DNA of 36,508 nucleotides, from positions 1 to 36,508 of IMG/VR virus record IMGVR_UViG_3300040806_002667. One strand, 5' to 3'. Both the position numbers and the translations under genes were made by a program. Shown one piece after another: positions 1-7,598 of the stretch (the stretch's first letter is position 1; each line of letters opens with the position of its first letter). The DNA comes from a virus (Duplodnaviria; Caudoviricetes). The notes under the pieces are model-generated. The model was not told the origin of the DNA and did not search any database. It worked only from the letters and a program-made list of their open reading frames with translations.

Positions 1-698
1 GAACGGCCTCGAGCTCATCAGCGGACCCGTCGAAGAGGCGATCGACGATATCGAGCGGATCCAGAAGAGCGGAGAGACGACCGGCTTAAAGAGCGGGATC
101 TCCTCCCTCGACAAATCAATCGGAGGCTTCAAGCCTGGCGCGCTCTATATCCTCGCCGCGCGTCCAGCGATGGGGAAGACCGCGCTCGCGCTCAACATCG
201 CCAGCGCGGTTTCCCTCCGCGATCACGTCGCCTTCTTCTCTCTGGAGATGCCGAAGAAGCAGATTGGGCAACGACTCCTCTCCAGCTATTCAGGCGTCTC
301 CGTCCAGCGCATCGATGAAGCAACCGTGAAGGCCGACGAGATCCCTCACCTCGTCAGCGCGGCGGAGTCGATCAAGGATAACAAGCTCTGGGTAGACGAC
401 AGCGCGGGATCTTCGGTCAGCTACATCAAGGGTCAACTTCGACTCCTTCAATCAAAGCAGATCGAGATCGGGATGGTCGTGATCGACTATCTCCAGCTCA
501 TGGGCGGAAGCAAGAAAGGCGCGCGCCGATCCAGAGAGCAGGAAGTCTCCGAGATCTCGCGATCGCTTAAAGAGCTCGCGAAGGACTTCGACTGTCCAGT
601 GATCTGCTTAAGTCAGCTCAATCGCGGCGTCGAGAGTCGACCTAACAAGCGACCTCTCCTCTCTGATCTGCGCGAGAGCGGATCAATCGAGCAAGATG
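1..698 (+). repeat. Left copy of terminal direct repeat (pairs with 35811-36508)
   Basis: Identical to the right end over 1-117 and 572-698; about 55 substitutions by hand count in between, no indels. Confidence 0.95.
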
Positions 699-892
699 CC
701 GACATGGTGCTCTTTGTCTATCGCGACGAATACTATCACCAAGAGAGTGAGGATAAGGGTCTCGCCGAGGTGATCATCGCAAAGAACCGAAGCGGACGAA
801 CCGGAACGACGAAGCTCGCCTTCTCTGGTGAGACCGTCCGCTTCTATGCGGTCGACTATTATTCGAGTGACTACGAGAAGAACGGGTGGTAG
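1..892 (+). CDS. dnaB: Replicative DNA helicase DnaB, 3' part (continues from 35377 across the circular junction; full gene about 441 aa)
   Basis: ARPAMGKT Walker A, FFSLEM, VVIDYLQLM, LSQLNRGVESR, SDLRESGSIEQDAD and IIAKNRSG are DnaB motifs; frame is open upstream of the ATG at 170. Confidence 0.97.
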   Translation, partial: NGLELISGPVEEAIDDIERIQKSGETTGLKSGISSLDKSIGGFKPGALYILAARPAMGKTALALNIASAVSLRDHVAFFSLEMPKKQIGQRLLSSYSGVSVQRIDEATVKADEIPHLVSAAESIKDNKLWVDDSAGSSVSYIKGQLRLLQSKQIEIGMVVIDYLQLMGGSKKGARRSREQEVSEISRSLKELAKDFDCPVICLSQLNRGVESRPNKRPLLSDLRESGSIEQDADMVLFVYRDEYYHQESEDKGLAEVIIAKNRSGRTGTTKLAFSGETVRFYAVDYYSSDYEKNGW

Positions 893-902
893 CCTGACCT
901 CT

Positions 903-1132
903 CATCGAGTCGACGAGAGTCGACATTTTCAAACCCTGACGGACCTGAAAATCGATGTATGTGTGATCGGAGGCGCCGCGAGCTCTTTACAAGGGCAAGC
1001 GGCGTTTCTTATTATAAGGCGCTTCTCCGGTTCCTTAACCGACCCTTAAGGGTCCAGTTGTCTATCAACTTTTCCCAGCGGGCGAGTAAAGGGTGTTCAT
1101 GAGAGAGAATCTACTCCGGAGAAGTGTTTTAT
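903..1132 (+). ncRNA. Candidate structured RNA (or ssDNA) element between dnaB and terS
   Basis: Three-way junction 903-957; 11-bp plus 6-bp hairpin 969-1009; 17-bp long-range helix 1014-1030/1116-1132 enclosing hairpins 1041-1054 and 1056-1070; G-U pairs favour the + strand. Confidence 0.55.
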
Positions 1133-1159
1133 CAATCAACGCGCGCGCGCGGGGTAGCT

Positions 1160-1585
1160 ATGCCGGCGAGCAAATTGACCGAAGAGGCGATCGATACGAT
1201 CTGCCGACGACTCGCTGAAGGCGTCTCCCTCGAAGCTGCTTCGGAAGCGGCGGGGATTCACCGGATGACTCTCCGAAACTGGCTCAGGCGATCCCAAGAG
1301 CCCGACGCTTCGGAGCTCCACCTTAAGCTCGCGGTCGAGGTTCGCGAGGCTCAAGCGCTGGCGGAGGTCTCGCTCGTCACCGTCATGAGGCGCGCGGCGC
1401 TCGAAGGCTCGTCAGGTGACTGGCGCGCGGCGGCGTGGCTACTCGCCAGGCGTCACCCTGATCGCTGGAGCGAGAAGCGAGAGATCCAGATCAGTCAGGA
1501 GCAGAAGAGCGACGGGACCAAAGAGGTGCTGTCGATGCTCGCGCAGCTCCGCGAGACCGACGAAGAGGAGAGCGACGATGAGTGA
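1160..1585 (+). CDS. terS: Probable terminase small subunit
   Basis: N-terminal HTH (KLTEEAIDTICRRLAEGVSLEAASEAAGIHRMTLRNWL) and DWRAAAWLLARRHPDRW motif typical of small terminases; ATG at 1160 preferred over the GTG at 1124. Confidence 0.7.
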   Translation: MPASKLTEEAIDTICRRLAEGVSLEAASEAAGIHRMTLRNWLRRSQEPDASELHLKLAVEVREAQALAEVSLVTVMRRAALEGSSGDWRAAAWLLARRHPDRWSEKREIQISQEQKSDGTKEVLSMLAQLRETDEEESDDE

Positions 1586-1826
1586 CGATCGGATCCTCGC
1601 CGCTCAAGCTCAAGGGATCTCGATCTATCTCCCTAGTCACTCCGCCAAGCTGCATAGAGCGCGCGCGGAGCTCCGCAAGGTCCAAGAGCGTCTGTCACTC
1701 GATGCGCCGACCGGATACCTCGACCGCGTCATCGAACTATGCGAAGCGCTCCAGCCAATGGATCGACGAGACGCGGAGGCGATCACTTTGGGGCCTTCAG
1801 ATATCCCTGCTCCCGAAGAGCGCTAG
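1578..1826 (+). CDS. Hypothetical protein (82 aa)
   Basis: ATG at 1578 overlaps the terS end and follows GAGGAG; 3' end overlaps the thyX 3' end. Confidence 0.55.
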   Translation: MSDDRILAAQAQGISIYLPSHSAKLHRARAELRKVQERLSLDAPTGYLDRVIELCEALQPMDRRDAEAITLGPSDIPAPEER

Positions 1827-2463
1827 TCGTCATCGGGAAGAGTGATTCGACGATCTGAAAGGCTGCTTCTACCGCTTCGCGCGTCTCCGGTTGCACGTCG
1901 GGTGCAAGGCGCAAGTGAAAGAAGTTGAGCCAGTTTTTCAGGTTTCCACTCATCCAGAAAACAGTGTATGAGCTCACGGGCAAAACCGACCGCGCGAGCT
2001 CCCTCGCGACACCTTTCCCGATCAGGTCATAGTAGAGATCTCGGCTCGCGCGGTTATGCCTGGCGAAGCTCTCCAGAAGAGCTGGATCGTCGATCACCTC
2101 TTCGGAGGAGCACTGTAGGTTCTTCTTGGCTTGAGCGCGGAGCTCGCGAGGCGACCAGAAGCGGAGCTCCGCTGAAGTGTAGCGGCGAGAGAGCTCGTTG
2201 AACGAGAAGGTCCTATGCCTGAAAATCTGGGCGCGAACGAAGAGCGGGACCGTCATCCGAATCGTGATCGACGAGTGCTCAAAAGGTGTCGTATGACCAT
2301 GACGGAGCAAGAAGAAGATCAGCTTCTGATCGTCCTCGACCGGTCGCTCTTCGATGTCCCTCGCGAAAGATGCGCGCGCTGACGCGGCGGCTCTTCGGTC
2401 GTCTCCCATGTGATCGATGTACTGAACCAGGCCGATCCCGTCGCCGTAGATGTCGAGCTCCAT
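1783..2463 (-). CDS. thyX: Flavin-dependent thymidylate synthase
   Basis: GHTTPFEH, RHRTFSFNELSRRY (RHRx7SxR signature), ELARSVLP, LRLAPDVQPETR. Confidence 0.95.
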   Translation of the reverse strand: MELDIYGDGIGLVQYIDHMGDDRRAAASARASFARDIEERPVEDDQKLIFFLLRHGHTTPFEHSSITIRMTVPLFVRAQIFRHRTFSFNELSRRYTSAELRFWSPRELRAQAKKNLQCSSEEVIDDPALLESFARHNRASRDLYYDLIGKGVARELARSVLPVSSYTVFWMSGNLKNWLNFFHLRLAPDVQPETREAVEAAFQIVESLFPMTTSALREQGYLKAPK

Positions 2464-2507
2464 TTTCGCCTTGCTTTCTTCGTCTTAATATAGTGTTAAT
2501 TGATGTG

Positions 2508-2625
2508 CGGTTGAGATCATTCTTCGTTAGATCACTGTCGCGATCTCAACCGAGATTTTAGAGGCCGCTCCGGTTCTGCACTAAGGCGGAGCGGCTCACT
2601 TAACATAGTCCAGCGCAAGGCTGGA
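2508..2625. promoter_or_regulatory. Three tandem hairpins in the divergent thyX / ATPase intergenic region
   Basis: CGGTTGAGATC/GATCTCAACCG (2508-2552), GCCGCTCCG/CGGAGCGGC (2564-2595), TCCAGC/GCTGGA (2609-2625). Confidence 0.55.
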
Positions 2626-2638
2626 GACAGGTTACAAC

Positions 2639-4357
2639 ATGGGAGATATGCGTATCGGCAAGGCCGGCGTGAATAATCTCGTCGACATTATCTACTCGGA
2701 CTCGGACAAGTTTCAGTTCGTCCGCGAGCTCGTCCAGAACTCGATCGAAGCAGGCGCCTCGAAGATCAAGATCTCTTATGAGAGGCAGGGCTTCGAGATG
2801 TATAAGGTGAAGCGCTTCCTCATCCAAGACGATGGCAAGGGGATGAGCGTCGAGGAGCTCGGTGAGTTCTTAAACAAGTTTTCCTCAAGCGGGAAAGAGG
2901 TCGGAGTCGACAAGAACTATGGGATCGGCGCGAAGACCTCGACGATCCCCTGGAACAAGCTCGGCGTCGTCTTCGTCTCATGGACTTCCGAAGACGATCC
3001 AGGCGCGATGGTCTGGCTTCATGAGCAGCGCTCTGGAATCTATGGTGCGCGCGAGTTCGTGGACGAAGAAGAGGACGTCGTCGAAGTTCTACCCCTCGAT
3101 CAGTACTATGAAGAAGTGGGCTACGAGTATGGGGTCGACTTTCGTCTCTTGCGAGAAGACTGGAATCACGCGAGCGGATCCGCTGTCCTGCTCTTGGGGA
3201 ACAAGAAGCTTGAGGACACTTATAATCCGCAGATCTTAAAAGAAAGAGCCTCCAAGGAGGAATACAGTAGATATTTGTCGAGGAGGTACAAAGAGCTAAC
3301 TGTACCTATACAGATCTCGCGTTTCGCATACGGTGAATCGCGCGACAATCAAATGACCGACCTAGTCAAGAGTCTATCTGGCTTAGACGAAAAGTATATC
3401 GAGTCTTCTGGGTTTTTGGTCCGAGATGACCAAGTGTCGATCGAATGGTTCTTACTGAAGTTCAATAAGAGCATGAGACAGTATAGCTTCGGGAGCGGTT
3501 TTATAGCGCTTGAAAATAAGGGGGAACTCTTCCAGCACAGGAGCCATCCGCAGACATGGCGGGCTTTTGGCATCCATCAAAAGAGTATCTGGTCTCGCCT
3601 TTATATCGTGGTCAAAGATAGCAGTTTGACTCAGAACGCCGCGCGAACCGCTCTCAAGAATAGCGACACTCATGAGGCTCCCGACTTCGCCACCTTCGGC
3701 GAATACTTCCGAGCGAATCTCCCAGAGTATCTCCTGAACGAACAACGGAAGCTCATCGCGGAGAAGGCGAATAATCTAGAGATCGACGAGTATCGGAAGC
3801 GCCTCGCGAGCGAATACGGCAATCGATTTAATGATGTCCTCGGTCCAGGCGGCGCGAAGAAGAGGACAGCAGCGAAGAAGGCCAAGCCAAAGCAGGGCGA
3901 GCTCGAAGGCGTCACCGGCCAAAACAAAACACCGCCCGGTCATGACAACCGAAAGAGAAAGACCGGATTTCCAGAGTGGCGATGGGATGGATATCACGAG
4001 GAAGATAGTGTCGGTTATTGGGTTCCGCCTGGGCGAGAGTATCCCGACGGGTGCATTTTCCTAAATGCCGCTTATTCAGTGTTCACAGAGATCAAGCAGC
4101 GCTTCGCTGGTCGGATCGGTGAGGAGTATCAAGAGCTCGGCGCGGGCGTTATCCACAACACGATTGGAGCTGACTACGCGACGAAGATCTCACACGCTCT
4201 CCGTCATAAGAAGGTCGCGCGCTGGGGAGTGCGCGGAGTCAATGAGCAGCTTCTATCCGACGGAGCTCTCACCATGATCTCGCTCGGATTCTTCGGGATT
4301 GAGCACGCGATTGAAATCGCTCTCCGTCGAGAGCTTAAAGGGGGATTCCTTGGTTAA
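2639..4357 (+). CDS. GHKL-family (HSP90/MORC/rIIA-like) ATPase, 572 aa
   Basis: Bergerat-fold boxes: FVRELVQNSIEA (N), IQDDGKGM (G1), NYGIGAK (G2). Confidence 0.85.
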   Translation: MGDMRIGKAGVNNLVDIIYSDSDKFQFVRELVQNSIEAGASKIKISYERQGFEMYKVKRFLIQDDGKGMSVEELGEFLNKFSSSGKEVGVDKNYGIGAKTSTIPWNKLGVVFVSWTSEDDPGAMVWLHEQRSGIYGAREFVDEEEDVVEVLPLDQYYEEVGYEYGVDFRLLREDWNHASGSAVLLLGNKKLEDTYNPQILKERASKEEYSRYLSRRYKELTVPIQISRFAYGESRDNQMTDLVKSLSGLDEKYIESSGFLVRDDQVSIEWFLLKFNKSMRQYSFGSGFIALENKGELFQHRSHPQTWRAFGIHQKSIWSRLYIVVKDSSLTQNAARTALKNSDTHEAPDFATFGEYFRANLPEYLLNEQRKLIAEKANNLEIDEYRKRLASEYGNRFNDVLGPGGAKKRTAAKKAKPKQGELEGVTGQNKTPPGHDNRKRKTGFPEWRWDGYHEEDSVGYWVPPGREYPDGCIFLNAAYSVFTEIKQRFAGRIGEEYQELGAGVIHNTIGADYATKISHALRHKKVARWGVRGVNEQLLSDGALTMISLGFFGIEHAIEIALRRELKGGFLG

Positions 4358-4676
4358 TGATGTTGTCCTTCTTGGTCGTCTAGGCCAAGACCCTGAACTG
4401 AAGCGGACCGCAGCGGGTAAAGAGTTTTGCGTCCTCTCTGTCGCGACCTCGATCGGCAAGGGAGAGCAGAAGAAGACCGAGTGGCATCGGGTCGAAGTCT
4501 GGAGCGCAGCTGCCCAGACTTGCGAGCGCTATCTTCGCAAAGGGGCTCGCGTCTTCGTGCGCGGTCGCCTCAAAAGCAACGAATGGGAAAAGGAGGGGAT
4601 GAAGCGGAAGGACTGGCGCGTCGTCGCTTATGACGTCCGCTTCCTCGACCGAGAGGAGCGCTCTCATGGAAGATAG
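4350..4676 (+). CDS. ssb: Single-stranded DNA-binding protein without an acidic C-terminal tail
   Basis: VNDVVLLGRLGQDPELK, KTEWHRVEVW, YLRKGARVFVRGRL; TTG start at 4350 after AAGGGGG. Confidence 0.92.
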   Translation: MVNDVVLLGRLGQDPELKRTAAGKEFCVLSVATSIGKGEQKKTEWHRVEVWSAAAQTCERYLRKGARVFVRGRLKSNEWEKEGMKRKDWRVVAYDVRFLDREERSHGR

Positions 4677-4947
4677 AGTCGACCCAAGAGAGACCGCGTA
4701 TCACTCCCTCGAGCTGATCGTTCGGATCGCTGGTCAGCTACTGAACCAGGGAACGCCAGTCGAGGAGATCGTCGTCGCCCAGATCACCCAAGGGATGATC
4801 GAGGCGCGCGAACTCGTCGAGGGGGAGAGCCCACAGATTCTCAAGGCAAAGAAGAACGCGGCGATCAAACAGAGAGACGCCTGGGCGAAGCAAGTCGACT
4901 ATCTCGATCGACTGATCGTCGCGGAGCTCGTAGGGGAGGGATCATGA
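4666..4947 (+). CDS. Hypothetical helical protein
   Basis: ATG at 4666 after GAGGAG, overlaps ssb end; ATGA coupling to the next gene. Confidence 0.65.
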   Translation: MEDRVDPRETAYHSLELIVRIAGQLLNQGTPVEEIVVAQITQGMIEARELVEGESPQILKAKKNAAIKQRDAWAKQVDYLDRLIVAELVGEGS

Positions 4948-5570
4948 CCAGGAAGCGAGTCGCACCTAAGCAAGAGATGCTTCAAGTTCGGATCCATAAG
5001 AACATAAGAACGCGCGCCGAACTCCTCTTGGAGTGGGTCGCTGGAAATGCGGAGCTCTCTCCATCCGGCTCTGCTGAACTGACAGACGTTTACAGGATAG
5101 CAGTCAGCTTAGGGCTCGAACGGTTAGAGAGTAAGCGGAGACGTGAGCTCAACGAGAATCCAGATCCGCCAGAAGATCAGGATGAAGAGTTCGATCCGCT
5201 ACAAGGCGTGTCAGAGATGGAGTCCTCTCGTGCGGTCACTCGCGCTCTTCTCCTCGCTCCAGAGGAGACCGCAGCTTCTATGCTTCGAGAATGCGATTTG
5301 TTAGAGAGTAAGCGGAGACTTGAACTCAACGAGAATCCAGATCTGCCAGAAGAGATCGTCGAGAATCCAGATCCGCTAGAAGACGAGGATGAAGAGGTCG
5401 ACCCGATACAAGGCTTGTCAGCCTTCCAAAAGCAGATCTACGCGGAGTTCATAGATAAGCAGAAAAAGGTGATCAATATCGCACCAAAGGGACAACCGGA
5501 AAAGTTGATAGATGCGGAGCTCGCTCGTGCGGTCGAGAAAGCTTTGAACCTTCAAAGGGGAGAGGGATGA
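4944..5570 (+). CDS. Hypothetical protein with possible RHH-like N-terminus and internal acidic duplication
   Basis: RBS GGAGGG; MLQVRI beta-strand followed by helices; repeated LESKRR.ELNENPD...DP.QG.S. Confidence 0.65.
   Translation: MTRKRVAPKQEMLQVRIHKNIRTRAELLLEWVAGNAELSPSGSAELTDVYRIAVSLGLERLESKRRRELNENPDPPEDQDEEFDPLQGVSEMESSRAVTRALLLAPEETAASMLRECDLLESKRRLELNENPDLPEEIVENPDPLEDEDEEVDPIQGLSAFQKQIYAEFIDKQKKVINIAPKGQPEKLIDAELARAVEKALNLQRGEG
5124..5420 (+). repeat. In-frame intragenic duplication (5124-5213 vs 5301-5420)
   Basis: Both copies start TTAGAGAGTAAGCGGAGAC; the second has a 30-nt internal expansion repeating GAGAATCCAGATC. Confidence 0.85.
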
Positions 5571-5647
5571 GCAACGGTCTTCTTTTAGCCTTCGCGCTCT
5601 GGATCGCCGCGCGGCCTCGTCGGAAAAGACGAAGAAGAGTAGAGTGA
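5567..5647 (+). CDS. Putative 26-aa micropeptide MSNGLLLAFALWIAARPRRKRRRRVE
   Basis: ATGA overlap with the upstream stop, purine-rich RBS, fills the gap to the next gene; below the ORF-track cutoff. Confidence 0.45.
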   Translation: MSNGLLLAFALWIAARPRRKRRRRVE

Positions 5648-5670
5648 GCCTCCACAGATAGGGGGATCTC

Positions 5671-6183
5671 ATGTCAAAATCCGCGCGCTCTTGGTTAGCC
5701 TCACTGATCTTCTTGACGATGGTCGTGGGGCTGATTTTTTTTCTCACGTTCTTGGAGATCCCAGACAAGAACAAAGACCTTATCACCTCGATCATAGGTA
5801 TGCTCGTCGGCTCGATCTCGATGGCGATCTCAATCTTCGTCGGTCGCGATCCCGATGACGTCGCCGCGCTGAAGGGGCAGATTGAAGAGCTCTCCGACGA
5901 TCGAAACACGCTCATCGCTCGGCTCCGCGATGCGCAGATCGATAAGGATATCCTTCGGAAGCAACATGAAGGGCTTCAGGCGTTGGTTATCTCCAAGCTC
6001 TCCGTGTTCGCAGAGGACAAGCGACTCGGCGAGCTCGCGGCGCTGGCGGACGAGCGCTCGATGCCAGAAGAGGTCGCGCGATGGATACCAGGCGAACGAG
6101 CTCCGCAGATCCCAGCGACGATGACGCCGCTCCCTAAGAGATCGTCGCTCGACGATGTCTTTGGAGGAGAGGATAAGAGCTAG
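5671..6183 (+). CDS. Membrane protein (2 TM helices plus coiled coil)
   Basis: Two hydrophobic segments at about aa 8-30 and 37-57, followed by a heptad-rich region. Confidence 0.7.
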   Translation: MSKSARSWLASLIFLTMVVGLIFFLTFLEIPDKNKDLITSIIGMLVGSISMAISIFVGRDPDDVAALKGQIEELSDDRNTLIARLRDAQIDKDILRKQHEGLQALVISKLSVFAEDKRLGELAALADERSMPEEVARWIPGERAPQIPATMTPLPKRSSLDDVFGGEDKS

Positions 6184-7559
6184 AAGCCTCCGGCGCCTTC
6201 CCAAGGCTTCCGCGTCTTCTTCGGTGGAGAGTAGGAGCGGCGCGGCTTCTCCTTCTTCTCAAGAGCCTCGTCGTCGTTCCACCTCCACATGATGCAGTCA
6301 TAGCGGAGAGCGTCCAGCGGGTCTTCTCTGCCGTCCTTCACTGGCGACTCTTTGCGTTTATCCCACCGATAGCTCTCCAGCGCTTTCCGCAGACTGTTCC
6401 CGCTCGCCTTGCGTCCAGCTTCCCAGACCTCGCGAGTGACTCGATAGTTCCGTCGCCAGATCGAGCGCTTGAGGCGCTGCACTCCGTTGATGATGTCGAC
6501 GCGGACCGGCGAAGTCGTATGACGGAGACGCAGACCGATACCGCGCGGCGGAGCTCCGGAGAGGACGCGGAACGAGGAGAGGGCGGTCTGATCGTTTCGA
6601 GCGGCGCCCGCTTTGTCACCGCATCCCGCGTCGAGCCAGATACGCGGACCAGGCGCGCTCGCCTTGTGCTTCCTTGGCCAAGCGATGTTGAGGATTAACC
6701 GCGCGAGCTCTTCGAGCGTCACCTCATGAGGGTTCAGCTCTCCGCAGATGATGTCCGCTCCGAGATCTGGATCATGCGCGATAATGAGGACGGATGGTTT
6801 ACGGAATCCCCAGTCAACCGCGATTCTCCCCTCCATCGTCGGCTTGTACTTCCAACCGTCGACGATATTCTCCTCCGACCATTCGGGATATACGGTTCCC
6901 GTCGGCGGACGCGGTTCATTCATGATCATCGCCGCGCGCTCTTCAGGGGGGAGCGCTTCGGTCGCCTTGAACCAAGCGGCGGAGAGATTGCGCTTGTTCG
7001 CGTAGCTTGTGTGGTAGATCGGCTGGCAACCGTTATCTTCCGCCATCCGGACCCACCAGGCATCGGCGACTGGTAGGCCGACCATAACGAGAATCGGCGA
7101 GGGTCCAGATCGAAGACGACCAAGCGCCTTCTGGGCGACCTCTTCGTTCATCGTCTGGGCTTCATCGATGAAGGCGGCGCCGCTGACGTTGATACCCTCA
7201 AGTGGGTTGTGTGACGAGTCGCGCGTGCCTGGTCTGAAGTATGCGCGACACCAGACCGAAGAGCCCGTCGAGGGATCGGTCCACGTCCCCTTCAGTTGAT
7301 TCCACTGCCAGCCAAGCGGGCCAAGCCACTTCTCTATCTCGGGTGCTAGGACGGTCCGATATCTCGGAGCCGTGTCAGTGATGAGCAGAGACGACGAGCC
7401 AGGGCGGAGCTTGCTCATCATGAGCAGACCGAAGACCAGCGCGCTGGTCTTACCTGATCCCCATCCGGCGCGGACCGCGATGAAGGTCTCTTCATCGACG
7501 AGAGCGCGAACCAAATCCTTCTGTAATGGGTTGAGCTTCATAGGATCATTGTCTCTCAT
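6180..7559 (-). CDS. terL: Terminase large subunit (start at 7559 or 7541)
   Basis: RAGWGSGKT Walker A, AFIDEA Walker B, IAVDWGFRKP and DPLDALRY nuclease motifs. Confidence 0.92.
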   Translation of the reverse strand: MRDNDPMKLNPLQKDLVRALVDEETFIAVRAGWGSGKTSALVFGLLMMSKLRPGSSSLLITDTAPRYRTVLAPEIEKWLGPLGWQWNQLKGTWTDPSTGSSVWCRAYFRPGTRDSSHNPLEGINVSGAAFIDEAQTMNEEVAQKALGRLRSGPSPILVMVGLPVADAWWVRMAEDNGCQPIYHTSYANKRNLSAAWFKATEALPPEERAAMIMNEPRPPTGTVYPEWSEENIVDGWKYKPTMEGRIAVDWGFRKPSVLIIAHDPDLGADIICGELNPHEVTLEELARLILNIAWPRKHKASAPGPRIWLDAGCGDKAGAARNDQTALSSFRVLSGAPPRGIGLRLRHTTSPVRVDIINGVQRLKRSIWRRNYRVTREVWEAGRKASGNSLRKALESYRWDKRKESPVKDGREDPLDALRYDCIMWRWNDDEALEKKEKPRRSYSPPKKTRKPWEGAGGF

Positions 7560-7598
7560 ACTGAACGAAATTATGGTACTGAACACTTGGGAGGTTCT

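Noticed and set aside
930-960. Hammerhead ribozyme (CTGACGG...GAAA)
   Set aside because: Core is not CUGANGA and the required stems do not fit
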